A DNA stretch of 61,987 nucleotides, the filler included, from Choristocarpus tenellus KU-1152 (Eukaryota; Protista; Phaeophyceae), in assembly GCA_964200185.2 (NCBI GenBank). It is 9 parts of 9 records of this genome, joined end to end, with 100 filler letters (N's around TTAATTAATTAA, not from the genome) between each part and the next. Parts side by side here need not be neighbours in the genome. Positions count along the whole stretch, not along the records: positions 34,236 to 47,514 come from CAXNAD020001539.1; positions 47,615 to 50,209 come from CAXNAD020026436.1; positions 50,310 to 55,070 come from CAXNAD020013157.1; 6 more parts are not named here. One strand, 5' to 3'. A program made the translations under genes and the position numbers. The notes beneath the pieces were generated by a model. It saw only the letters and a program-made list of their open reading frames with translations, was not told the DNA's origin and made no database searches. How positions within the stretch are numbered: position 1 is the stretch's first letter; every line of letters starts with the position of its first letter. Shown here piece by piece: positions 44,001-55,050 of the stretch.

Positions 44001-47000
44001 GTAGGGTGGTATTGATAATGTATGGAGTCGAGATAGAAGTGCTAGAACTGTGATCGTGTGGTCACCTGCGGTCGTGGAAGATTGCTGAGGTCAACGCATC
44101 GATGAACAATGAACATACCTCTTTTTTCAAGGTTGTTTCAGTCGATTCGATCGTGCCTGCAGCCTTTCTCCCCTTTTCAAAAGTGTCGTTGGACGACAGA
44201 TAAATACACCCATGACGGCATTGGAGTGGAGTGCTCCACAAAAGACACAGAAGACAGGTACCCTGACCGCTGTGGAGCTCGAAGACATGTTATTGCTGCT
44301 TAGGTCATCATGCCCCCTCTGTTATCATTCGTGATGCCCACACAACTAGTTACCGGACGGGTAGTCTTCTAACCTTTCTCCCTTTCGGGTATGCCATAGG
44401 CGTCGAATCTGATCCGTAAGAGATCGTTGCGTTTGTCATCCGATTCGATTTGGTCTGGATGAGGTTAGCGGCGAACTTCTGTCTCTGCCCTAGATCGTAG
44501 TGGCGTTGTCAAACATCAAACCCTCAGTACACCACCTTGTGTGTGATATCATGAGGATGCTACAATGGAGGAGTGGAGAGATCTGGTTACGGTCCTCGAC
44601 AATGGGATCATTCTGTACCTTCCATTTGGACTTGAACATTATTTTTTTTAAGAGTTCCCCTACGACGGAAGACTCCTTTAAACATCTTGACTGGATGTTG
44701 GACATTTACAGGCAACGATCTGCACGATCGTTTCACATTCATCCTCTCCGCACCGACGCTATGGACCGCCAAACACGAACCGCGCAAAACTTCCGGGTAA
44801 ATTTCAACCACTTTGTCCTAAGATTGAAGCATCAGTATAAGCATCAAGTATCGGGATTACGTCATTGTTTTTGTTGACATACTTCCTTAGACCTCGTCGC
44901 AGGCACAAAGATAGTGTTGGTCGGTCTAACTTGACATTGATTGGACTATGGGCACTCGCTAGCCGTATCCCTTCATCCAATATGATTGCAGTGATATAGT
45001 GATACCAGACACATGTTTGAGATCAATGAAAGGCCAAGTGCTGTTGGTCATTTTTCATACTGCAACAGCATCGCTTAGACCTCCAGAGTGCAAAATCCAG
45101 GTGTTTTTGATGAGGTGAGCAGCAAAACGTTTGCTGGCAGAGGTGCAGGTAGCAGTTCTGAAACATGCTTTCAGTCCAGCTGTTGAACAAGGCTTCCAAT
45201 TTTGTTGTCAACCAATCCTCTTTTGATGTAGGTGGCCATTTAGAATCCAAGCAAAGATAATAATTTCTTGAGCGTAAGTCAGAAACCTCCTTTTTTGGTT
45301 AAAGTTCTTTTCAATGCCAACTCTTGGGAGAACAGTTGATGTATAATGGAACAAGACCTCTTTTTGAGAGGTGCCAAAGTGAAACAACAAATGTGATCTT
45401 GGCAGATGTACCTCATTGTCAAAGAACGGAGGAAGCCGAAAGTCCAGAAAAAACCTCCCCATTTCATCTCTTCTCTACTCACGTAATAAATTTTGCATTG
45501 CTGATGATGGAATGCGTTAAAGATTTCCTATTTACCTTATGTTTTCTTTCTCTGCCCCATACTTGTTGCCCTTCGTAACCATGGTGACCTTGGGTTAGAT
45601 GGTCTTCCCCGAGAAGAGTCCATTGCAGTTCATTGAAGAACGCAACCAATTCATATGTGTTGCCACAGATTGATATCTTGGCACGCGGAGTAGGCCGGGT
45701 AGAATCAGTTGCTGAAATCTCTCTCACTCTCTCTCTCTCTCTCAACAATGCATTGAGGTACTCTTTGGCCTTTTGAGTTTAACCTTTCCTCTCTGGTGTC
45801 TTTTGCAACTCTTTTACAGCCCTTTTATTCTGGAATGAACGGTCTCTTGTAAATGTGTCTCTTGTAAATGTGCAGGGCAAGTTCTGTTGTCTCTGAAGAC
45901 GGAATATCCAGTGGCAATGAGGCAGGTGCAAGTGACACACGGTCTGTCTCCCGTAACATTGGGGAAATATTTCAGGTATGCTTTGGTTGGCCTCCACAAG
46001 TGTGTCTCTTCGTGTGCAGTGTACGTAGGAGGCAGGTTGGTTTTCCTAACGGATCAAGATCGGTGTCTGTTCTGGGATTGTTGAAACCGGTCTATAGACT
46101 GCCTTTGGTGGTCGCCTTATTGCTTTTTTCCCTTCGTAGTAAATGCTTGATGACAGTTTCATGTCTGATGGATCCTACAAGAGCATCCTTCTCATATATC
46201 TTGGTCCCAGTCTTGTTGATTGCAGGTGAAAGTGTTTGGCGTCTACTAACTAGGCTCTGAACATATTTTGTGTTGAGCACGCTTGGTTGATTTTTGTTTG
46301 CTTTTGATGCCTTTTCTATCTTATGAACGTCCATGTGAATCTAATGTTGTGCCCGTTTTGTGTGTGTGTGTTTATATACACCTGAGTGTATAGAGAAGGA
46401 ATAGACGAAAGAAGGTGTTAATCGTCTTGTTTTTGTTGTTGTTGTGTTTATCCTACAGTTGGAAGTGATAATCCTTTTTTATTTCGGAACCTTTGCCGAA
46501 TTGCTAAACTATATGTTGCACAGGATATGAAGGAGCTTGATGAGCTTGATGAAGAGTTTGAAGAAGAGGATGAGATTGAGCAGCTTGAACAAAAGCCGGC
46601 TGCTGTACCCGCTGCTGCTGTACCTGCTGCTGCTGTTGGAACCAGCAGGTGAAACGTCAGGGTAGATGGAGTATTGAGTGGTAGTACGTGTAAGTCATTC
46701 TTAATGTTATGTAACTTCAGTTTTTAAAATGTTTGATGCAGTTTCATGCCCACAGTTTTTGTTTGGACAGTTAGTACCACGAGATGAGTTGAGCTGACCA
46801 TATGTGTGTGTATGTTTGTGTGTATATTTTGATGTATTGTTTTTAAATTGTTAGGAAGAGTTGGAACATTGATGTTCTAAAGGAGTACGTTTTGTGCCGT
46901 AGCTCTTGAAGGATAAAAATAGTGTCCTGTTGTATGGCCTCTTGAACCCGCATGGCTTCTGTCCAGATCATTTCTAATGTTACGGTGTGGACTGTCTGTT

Positions 47001-47328
47001 ATTATCTCTCTTGCTTTCAGTATGTTGTGTCCATGTGTGTGATTGTAGGTTGGATTTGTAGACTTGCTTCGAATATGAAACTCCACCCCTCCTCTTGCTC
47101 TTGTCTCACATAACACGTTCTTTGATTGTCTTGGATGCTCTCTTTTGATGTGAATTTAATGATGTTGTCGTTATGTTGCTGTCCGTTTCCAGTCTCGCAG
47201 AGCAGTTGGCAAGGGCAGAAGAGACAGCAGCAAGAGGAGGTCATATGGAGGGTATGCTATATTCAAGGGGAGCTGAAGCTGTTGCAGAAGCGGTCACTGC
47301 TGCTACTGCTGCGACAGGTTCGTGGTAG
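35055..47328 (+). CDS. Partial multi-exon gene, low-complexity/disordered protein of unknown function
   Basis: Exons bounded by AG/GT: 35055-35177, 35689-35805, 36799-37449, 38168-38248, 39602-39712, 40198-40374 (all phase 0), 41753-~41928, 46524-46648, 47193-47317 (or read-through to TAG 47328). Ser/Gly/Glu/Ala-rich with repeated helical motifs. The phase link between the 41.9-kb and 46.5-kb exons is unresolved and no start codon was identified. Confidence 0.65.
36193..36490 (-). mobile_element. MITE family B copy with expanded G/C runs (intronic)
   Basis: GGCTCAACATCTT(G)n...GTCCATTTGG...GATTTGCTTGCATACGTTGATGGATAATG...CCAAATGGACATCCTGGTGTAGA...(C)nAGATACTCTGGGTC. The core is the reverse complement of 72-247. 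Confidence 0.7.
36712..36780. repeat. (CTCTTC)n microsatellite acting as polypyrimidine tract
   Basis: About 11 units directly upstream of the acceptor at 36798. Confidence 0.9.
38265..38762. repeat. ~63-bp intronic minisatellite with two related half-units
   Basis: Alternating GATTGACCTCTGTAGTATTGAATG.TGT.TATG and GATTGACCTTTGTAATG.T.GGTG.T.TATATT half-units, ~7-8 full units. Confidence 0.9.
41451..41635 (+). mobile_element. MITE family B copy (intronic)
   Basis: Termini GGGTCAAAGAATCT...TTTGAGCC with GTT/GTT flanks. Colinear with 72-247. Confidence 0.75.
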
Positions 47329-47720
47329 TTGAACAAGCATGGAGGGGAGAGTAAGGCGTCGGGGATATGAGGGAGAAATTCATGGTACATATGTAGGTAG
47401 GAGAAGGAGAAATAGGATATGTCAACTTCTCTTGGGTGCTTGTATCCCCCCCCCCCCTGTGGCAACTTTCGTTTCTTTGTTAGTAGGAATTAAATTAAAA
47501 ATTCCTCCCACCTCNNNNNNNNNNNNNNNNNNNNNNNNNNNNNNNNNNNNNNNNNNNNTTAATTAATTAANNNNNNNNNNNNNNNNNNNNNNNNNNNNNN
47601 NNNNNNNNNNNNNNCTCCCCTCCCCTCCCCTCCCTATCTATTTGGTTTCCTTGTTCTATGTATTTCATGCACAGTCCTGTAGATTGCAATGGTGTTGACA
47701 ACTCTATCCGATCTCCTCAG

Positions 47721-47932
47721 GTATCCTAGATTCGGCTACATTTGTTGTGGCCTCAGACCACAATAGAGGAGATGCTGAGAGTGAGTTGGCTGTTCCGGCG
47801 CTGTTGTGTGATATCATTTTCTTGTCCTGGATCTACTCTGCTCTTTGCAACATGCTGAAGGTCAGTCTGATCTGGTAGCGAGACGGTTTGATGATAGGTT
47901 TGGTGAGGCAGAAGTTGGAGAGTTATGCTTAC

Positions 47933-47968
<36 letters not shown>

Positions 47969-49777
47969 TTTTATTCTTAGTAACAGGTAGAGATCCACGA
48001 GAATCGTTGTAAAGTCCAAGGGTTGTGTAATTGATGTGGGTTGTTGTACTGCTGAAGCCACAGTTGCTGTGAGTGGAGAAGTAGTTGAGTGGAAGGTTTC
48101 AGGAGATGTTTATGCTTTTGGTAAGGAATATGATTGGCACCCTAGCTGCCAATGGTATTGAGATGTGTCCCACGCTTTGCTTATCCATGAGAGTGGTATG
48201 TTGGCACCAAGAGTGCTTGGATGATCAAAAGCGGTGAGTTGGTTATTGAGATTCGAGGGGTCGACCATTGGTTGTCCGGATCACAAACTTACAAATGCCC
48301 ATTCAGCCTTGCATGGAAAGGACTTTCACAATATGGCAAATGAAAAACTCCTAGTTCGCATTTACTTTTTTCAACGCTGCTCTGTTTTTGCAAGTACAGT
48401 GAGCAAAGTAGGTAGCCCCAAATGTGTTTGCCTCCGTGAGAGCTCTGACCACGTGGGGGGAGGGGGCTTGTTTTTCTATTACCTTGCTGTGCGCCAAGAC
48501 TAAACGGATGAATAACGCCTGCCCAGTCACTGATTGTATCTCAAGTGACAAACCCAGCTGATTAACGAGTCTACTTCTATATGTACTATCTTACTGTGGC
48601 CCTGGCCAATATTTTGTCGAGCAGGAACTGAGGGAGAAGAACGAGACTTACAAGCTGAAGATGTACTCACAATTGGCATTTGCAATGGCCTCATTTGTGA
48701 CACTCTCAACAACACTGACTGTGGTCATGCTTGCCAGCGAAGGAAGCGAAATGACTTGGGAATGGGAGTGGCAATGGGCTAATGTTGTTTCCTGGGAGGT
48801 TGGTATATATATCAAAAGCACTCTTTTTTTCTTGTATTTTGAACTGGGTGTCGTTTTTGGCTCTTACAGGCACACACACACACATCTCTGACCATGGCGG
48901 TATTGTTGGTGATGTATAGTTTTGATTGCTGTGGAGGTGAAGTACCGATAATCCCAAGCGACTGACGGAAATTGTTTTTACTAGGGTTTCGATGTATAGG
49001 ATGCGCCATTCGCTTTTTTTATTATTTTATTGAGGGGGATGGGAAATATGTATGCTTGCTGACACTGGGGATGAAATATTCACTATAGCTTGCCATATTG
49101 TTGGCAATGTTAATGTCCATAGTGTTGATTTTTGGTATTGCAATGGTTCTCTCTGCTCTGTGGTATCTCTTTACCTCTACCTCTATGTGACAGGCTCTGA
49201 ACTTTGTGGTATTGGCAGCTGTTTGCACCATCTGGAGGCCAAATGAACACAGTTCAATGCTGGCATATTCAAAGCAGGTCAGTGATAGTAATTGAATATT
49301 TTATTGGGGGGGGGGTTATTGCTTTTTGGCGCTTGTAGTAGTCTATTGAACACATTGTTGTCATTTTGTTTGTAGTAGTCTATTGAACAGATTGGCTGCT
49401 GACCAAATTTTGTTTGCTTTCATGACCTGGCCTAAGCCTCAATGATGTTGTGTGCCCTTGCTCTCTCTCTCTCTCTCAATCTCTCTCAATCTCTCTCTCT
49501 GATTTGGTGTTAAAAGCTGGCCACAAGTGAGGAAGGGGCGGATGATGAGGATGGAGTGGAAATGAGGGATTCTTCTGGTATGCCCACCGCAATGTTCACA
49601 ATTGAGGGAGATGATGCAGATGGGAGGGAGGATGATGATGATGATGATGATGATGAGCTGCCCATCTCCAGTGGTTGGCAAAAGGGGGAGAGTGGAGGAA
49701 GTGGGAAGGGACAAGACTCTGGTGTGACATACTCACTTTCAGAATTTGCTCCGCAGCCGAGGAGTGACCTTACTTGA
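47721..49777 (+). CDS. 3' part (four exons) of a GOST/lung-seven-TM family protein, TMEM87/PTM1-like
   Basis: Exons 47721-47860, 48625-48798, 49194-49277, 49517-49777 join in frame: ...PALLCDIIFLSWIYSALCNMLK|ELREKNETYKLKMYSQLA...WEWQWANVVSWE|ALNFVVLAAVCTIWRPNEHSSMLAYSKQ|LATSEE...acidic tail*. The KL-x-[LM]-Y and terminal-TM WRP...AYS motifs plus an acidic tail are typical of TMEM87/PTM1. The 5' part is cut off by a spacer. Confidence 0.85.
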
Positions 49778-50309
49778 GGGTGTCTCTGTTGTCTCTGTTG
49801 TCTCTGTTGTTGTCCATTGTGGGCTGTGATGAAGGACAGTATGGATCTGGTTGCATTAACACTGGAATTCGGGTGTGACTGCACTTGGCATGATGTGTGC
49901 TGCACATGCTAAGGAACTTTGAATTAGATTGGGGTGTGACAAAGCTGCAAGGAGGGGAAAATATCTGCCAGTTTTGTCTTTGGGTGGAGGTAATGATCAA
50001 GTCTGCTTCATAGTAATGGTGATGTTTGTGATGTCATGCATGTGTTGGTGTTGGTGTGCTTCTCTGTGTGTGTGTGCGCGCGCGCGCGTCATGACTGTAT
50101 GTTGATTTCACTCACTTTGGAGTCCATAAAGCTTGGGGGGGGGGGGGTGCAGAGTGCAGCTGCTACTCGGAAGAAGGATGGCGCAGGACTCTCCTTCCGT
50201 AATGCCATTNNNNNNNNNNNNNNNNNNNNNNNNNNNNNNNNNNNNNNNNNNNNTTAATTAATTAANNNNNNNNNNNNNNNNNNNNNNNNNNNNNNNNNNN
50301 NNNNNNNNN

Positions 50310-51150
50310 GCGCCCCTCAGAAGTCACCTCCACAGGATATGCAACTCAAATCCAACGACCTTAAAACGACGCTATGAGGGGGGTCCACAGATGATAACCA
50401 CGTACGGTCTCAGCTTGATGTTTAGCTCAGTCAATGTCTCGCTTTTCACTTTATCAAAAGAGGTACATCAAAAAGAACTGAGGGCATCGTGATTCGCATC
50501 AGCCTTCTATTAGCATCATCCACCACTTTTCTACAGCCAAAGAGTTAAATGAAGTCTGCAAACGAGTGAAAGTATCTTAGAGAGTACAAGATTTGCCCTG
50601 TTTGTCCATTCGGGGCTTGGCTTCCCATGTATTTTTAATGACATTTTCCTACTCCAAAATGTTTCGGAGTAGGTAATATGTATATGTTATGAAACGTGTG
50701 TCCGGAACAACGATATTGATACTTCCAAATAAACACGATAGCCAAAATTACATCAAAATCGCAACACTGCATTTTTGCTCCCAAATGGACACGGCTCTAC
50801 CCTCTGAGATACTTTGGTTCAAACTGCTAAGTGGATACTTCAATCATAAATCTTTATTCTGCAACTTCCAGGAATTGACATCTATTCTGTAAGACTATGT
50901 TTGAATTTCACATCTTACTCTGCATCTCCTATCAAATCATCATTTATTCTGTAAGGCTACCTTTGTGATACTAATATCGTATATTGTTCGCACTTGTTAG
51001 AACGTGAGAAACAATGTTCACACTATCATCTGTCACAAATGTTCGTGTTTGCTAAAACATGGGAAGAAATGCTCGCGCTATTCATGTGTAACAAATGCTC
51101 GCACTTCATTGGAACACAAGAAGAAATGCTCGAGCGATTCGCCTGTAACA
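50310..51150 (+). mobile_element. LTR copy 2 of the Gypsy family, interrupted by a MITE
   Basis: Reverse-complement match to 6741-7195 along its length. Ends ...TCGCCTGTAACA, the inverse of TGTTACAG. The 5' end is clipped by a spacer. MITE inserted at 50564-50820. Confidence 0.85.
50564..50820 (+). mobile_element. MITE family A copy inserted in LTR copy 2
   Basis: GAGTGAAAGTATCTTAGAGAGTA...TACCCTCTGAGATACTTTGGTTC. AAAC is duplicated relative to the empty LTR copies. Confidence 0.9.
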
Positions 51151-51776
51151 GGTCCAGGCTACTCGCCTAGGCCTCAGATATATACCTTTTACGTACAGGA
51201 TTCTAGAGATTGAGATTGAAGGTGGTATTTGCTGGTAGGTGGAGTTGGAAGCTCTAGGCGTTGTGGAGGAAGAAGCACAGAGCACAGGAGGCAGAGAATG
51301 GTCCTGTGGTGCAACTAAGCACACATTCATGTACTGCCCATCTCGAACGGGCACAGTCCGCCCATAGAACCCTTTCAATGTGTGTTTGGGAGAGTTCAAC
51401 TGGTAGTAGTGGGATATTGGAACATACTGTCACAGGGAGCACATGGAGGAGCTACACGTGTAGATATTGATGCCTTCAAGGTTGCAGGAGGGCTACCAAT
51501 AATGGATATGGACAGTGGAACCTACAACGACCCCACCGAAGTGGTGGTGGGAAAGGTTCTCGAAATTTCGCTCCTAGTCAAACTTTCCCGACGCGTTTGG
51601 GTCATTCCTGCTACACAAGCAGACCAAGCCAGAGTGCATATTTCCATTGACTAGAATATTGCGACTTCAAATCACCTGGATGGAGGTTAATGCATGGGAG
51701 GCTGCGAAGAACAGCAACAGAAATTATATCACCTCAAGACTGTAGCAAGAATATGTAGCCAGTCAGGGGGTTGTTC

Positions 51777-52038
51777 GAGTCAAAGTGTCTTAGAGGGTAG
51801 GGCTTCGTCCATTAGGGGTCCAAAATCTAATTTTGGGATTTTGATGAAAAGTTGACTATCATGTTTGTTAGGAAGCGTCAATATCCTTGTTCCGGACACA
51901 CCTTTTCATAACGTGTACATTTTACTTGCTCCAAAACACTTTGGAGTAGGAAAATCTCATAAAAAACAACAACATGGGAAACCAAGCCCCAAATGGACAA
52001 ACTGGGCAAAACTTGTACTCTCTAAGATACTTTCACTC
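51777..52038 (-). mobile_element. MITE family A copy
   Basis: GAGTCAAAGTGTCTTAGAGGGTA...TACTCTCTAAGATACTTTCACTC, with flanks GTTC/GTTT. Confidence 0.9.
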
Positions 52039-54214
52039 GTTTGCCTCGCGTACAGTTCGATAATAATTGAGTACATGAAAATATTTTGAGGTGACTTAGT
52101 TCATATTCTTATATTCTTTCGATTCATAACGCTAATGAGCATCGATAGGTAGTGTGTCAAACCAATCAAATACAGCAAATAACATTCAAGAAACTTCCCG
52201 CACCATTCTTATACTTAATGTCGCACCACAGTACCGACCACTGCTCCATTTCCTTGTCCCTCAAGTGCACCATTCCCCTTAGTTTCCAAATACAAAATAC
52301 CAAACACGCCACTCATTATATCATATAATATAGTATCAATAGCATCATTCACTGACCACAATCGAACACACTCCCAAGCCTTTGATACACAGTGCAATAA
52401 CAACAGCTATCATAACTAACGGTCCTAACATACTCTCCAGCTCCTAGAGAACCGGATTGTCCTTGCATGAGTTCAGTCCTGATTTTTGAATAGTCTTTCA
52501 GCAGTATACCATTTCCAATACCGCAGTTATTCTTTAAACTGTGTCATTTCTCTCTATTTCTCCACCTTCTTTAATCATCTTACACACAAAGTACGATAGG
52601 TGGACTTGAGAGTTGGTTCTGTAGTTCCCTCGTCAGTAGCCATTCAAGCATCTGCCAACAAATATCCAATTTGCTCTCCACTTCACGAGGGTCCATTTCT
52701 TTGCCCCATTCGATAACATTTGATCCCAGCTTTGATTTGATATGCTGATCACCGATCAGGACGCCTTACATCACCTCGAAATTTATCAAGGCCTGTCTGA
52801 TCTTAGAGATGACTGCCAACACCATATATGTCACAAAAAAAGAAGAAAAACTATTCACATGTCAGAATAACCCCCCTAAAATAGTAACAGTTGTCACTGT
52901 GTTTGAAAGAAATGTTTATAGCATCTATTCCCTTTTACTAACTAACAACTATGCTACACCACTGCCTTCCTCTGCCTCCAACCTAGTTTCGTCCTGCAAC
53001 CCAGGGTGAGGAGCTAGGGAAGCATTCCAAGAATCTTACAAGCCCCTCCTTCCCCATCTCCCTTGTGTCTCCAACTTAAAACGTATGACACGTCTAGATA
53101 GGGGCTACTTGTATTGTGACAGAGACTATCTGTCGTAGACGGGATTTGACATTCCCTTTCCTGCTGTAGCCTCCTGCCCCTCTCCCCCCTACCGCGTGTG
53201 TAGCTAACTCAGCCAGAAACCTTTCTGCTTGGTTACTGAGGCGCCCAAAACCTTCCACCCGAAGGTGTTGAGGTCATAACTACAAGGGTGAAAAGAGTCC
53301 TTGAAGTGCACTTTCGTGCCTCAGGTGCAGCAGCAGATTGTTAAAACATAGGCTACTCATCAGCTTGTTCCTTGATACGATACAATTCCACCAGTCAACA
53401 CTGACTGTTGATTGATCCGTTACGTTCTGAACGTTACTTTCACTAGTTAGTCATCACCACATCAACTACAATCAGAACATCTTAGTACAGAACAGTCGCT
53501 CTGCATTCCACACAAATAGTATAGTATAGTGTACGTCACTTGAGTTGCATCACATGTTGTTTCAATTTTGTTCCGTTGTTCTGTTGTTTGTTTTTTCTTT
53601 CACTCTTTCTTCTAACCAGCAGGAGATGACAGTTGTACTTTGATGGTTGATTATTATTTCTTTCGAGACTGCCATTTATGCCTCAAATTGCATCAACGCC
53701 ACTCTGCAAACTGTGTATCAAACACACACATGGATGTAACATAATCAGAGTTAAAACCATCCGCGGAAGCCCTTGCCAGCCAAGTTAACAAGCCTCTCCA
53801 CAGAGCATGGACTTCTTTCGTTGAGTATCACATGAAAGAACACTGAATTCACATCTCACCATTCTTGACTGAGAGATCAGTGACCTCAGTTACAACAGAA
53901 TAAATACATCATCACACCTATACATAACATAGACTACGCATATCACTCATCGGTGCTTTGCAAAACCATGATTCCTCATTGCTAGTAGTCTACGCATTCT
54001 GCCTACATGTACGATGCATTCGATTCAGGTTTCAACACAGATACACCATTGCTGGTGGATGAGTGTGAAAGGTGAGATGCAGTCTGCACTTCTGCAAACA
54101 TAACATCTAGAAGGAGGCCTTGTCTTGGGAGTTCATCCGGCGTCTGCAAGTGCCCCAGCATGGAAGACCAGATCCAATGCGGAAATTCCGGTCCACTGTA
54201 AATGGGGTCCCGTC

Positions 54215-55050
54215 TGTTACAGGCGATTAGAGCGAGTATTTCTTCTTATATTTCAACGAAGTGCAAACGTTTGTCACACGCGCTTCCTCGTTCTACTATT
54301 CCGATCCCCTCCCACGGTCCACATTCTCTCCTGCCATATTCATGCTCCTTCACATGCTGCATCCATTCCTTGTCGTCTTTATCACCATCTCAATCCCTCC
54401 CCTACTCAAACCTTCCTTGCATGTTCTCTATCCTCACTCAATCGCAACTCCGACCTCCCTTATCTCGTGCTGCAGAATTTCAGAAACAATTCAACGCTCA
54501 CCTCGTTTAACATGCTCCATCTTCCTGGCCCTTACTCTACATCTCCTCTCACTGTCCTGTACCACTCCTGCCAAAATCATTCTTCGTCTCGTTCTCCATC
54601 CAATCCCCATTGCCTCTTCAACCATCCCAGACCCTCCTTCACCATACACTGCAATTTACCATATCCATCCCACACAAACCCACAAATCATCCCTCCAATG
54701 ACTCATGCTGTCCGAGATCCTTCTCCGTTGCATCACCACCTCGTACAAGATGCTTCACCTTCGTCGTTCTACTATTCCGATCCCCTCCCACGGTCCACAT
54801 TCTCTCCTGCCAGATCTTCGAGCATTTCCTTTTATGTTTTAGGAAATACGAACACTTATAACAGACGTAGAGTGTGAGGATTAATTCTTGAGTTCTGATA
54901 AGTACAAATAATATACGTTATGAGTAAAACATAGGTAGCTTTACAAGATAAATGATGATTCTGATAGGAGATGCAGAGTAAGACTTGGAATTCGAACATA
55001 AGATTCATGATTAATGTATCCACTTAGCAGTTTGCAGACTTCATTTAACT
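54215..55050 (-). mobile_element. LTR copy 3 of the Gypsy family, with a nested ~530-bp insertion
   Basis: Begins TGTTACAGGCGA on +. Segments 54215-54280 and 54813-55050 match the reverse complement of LTR copy 2 and lack the MITE (empty site TTAGCAGTTTGCAGAC). Confidence 0.8.
54281..54812. mobile_element. Unclassified insertion with 54-bp direct terminal repeats
   Basis: 54283-54336 and 54759-54812 match at 53 of 54 positions. The block interrupts LTR copy 3. Confidence 0.7.

Noticed and set aside
50149-50209. Possible further exon (cag|SAAATRKKDGAGLSFRNAI) after the TMEM87-like gene
   Set aside because: The preceding exon already ends in a stop and this piece is cut by a spacer, so it cannot be assigned.
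54125-54877. 250-aa ORF (longest in the track)
   Set aside because: Crosses LTR and insertion boundaries and reflects a C/T-rich stop-poor strand, with no recognisable domain.
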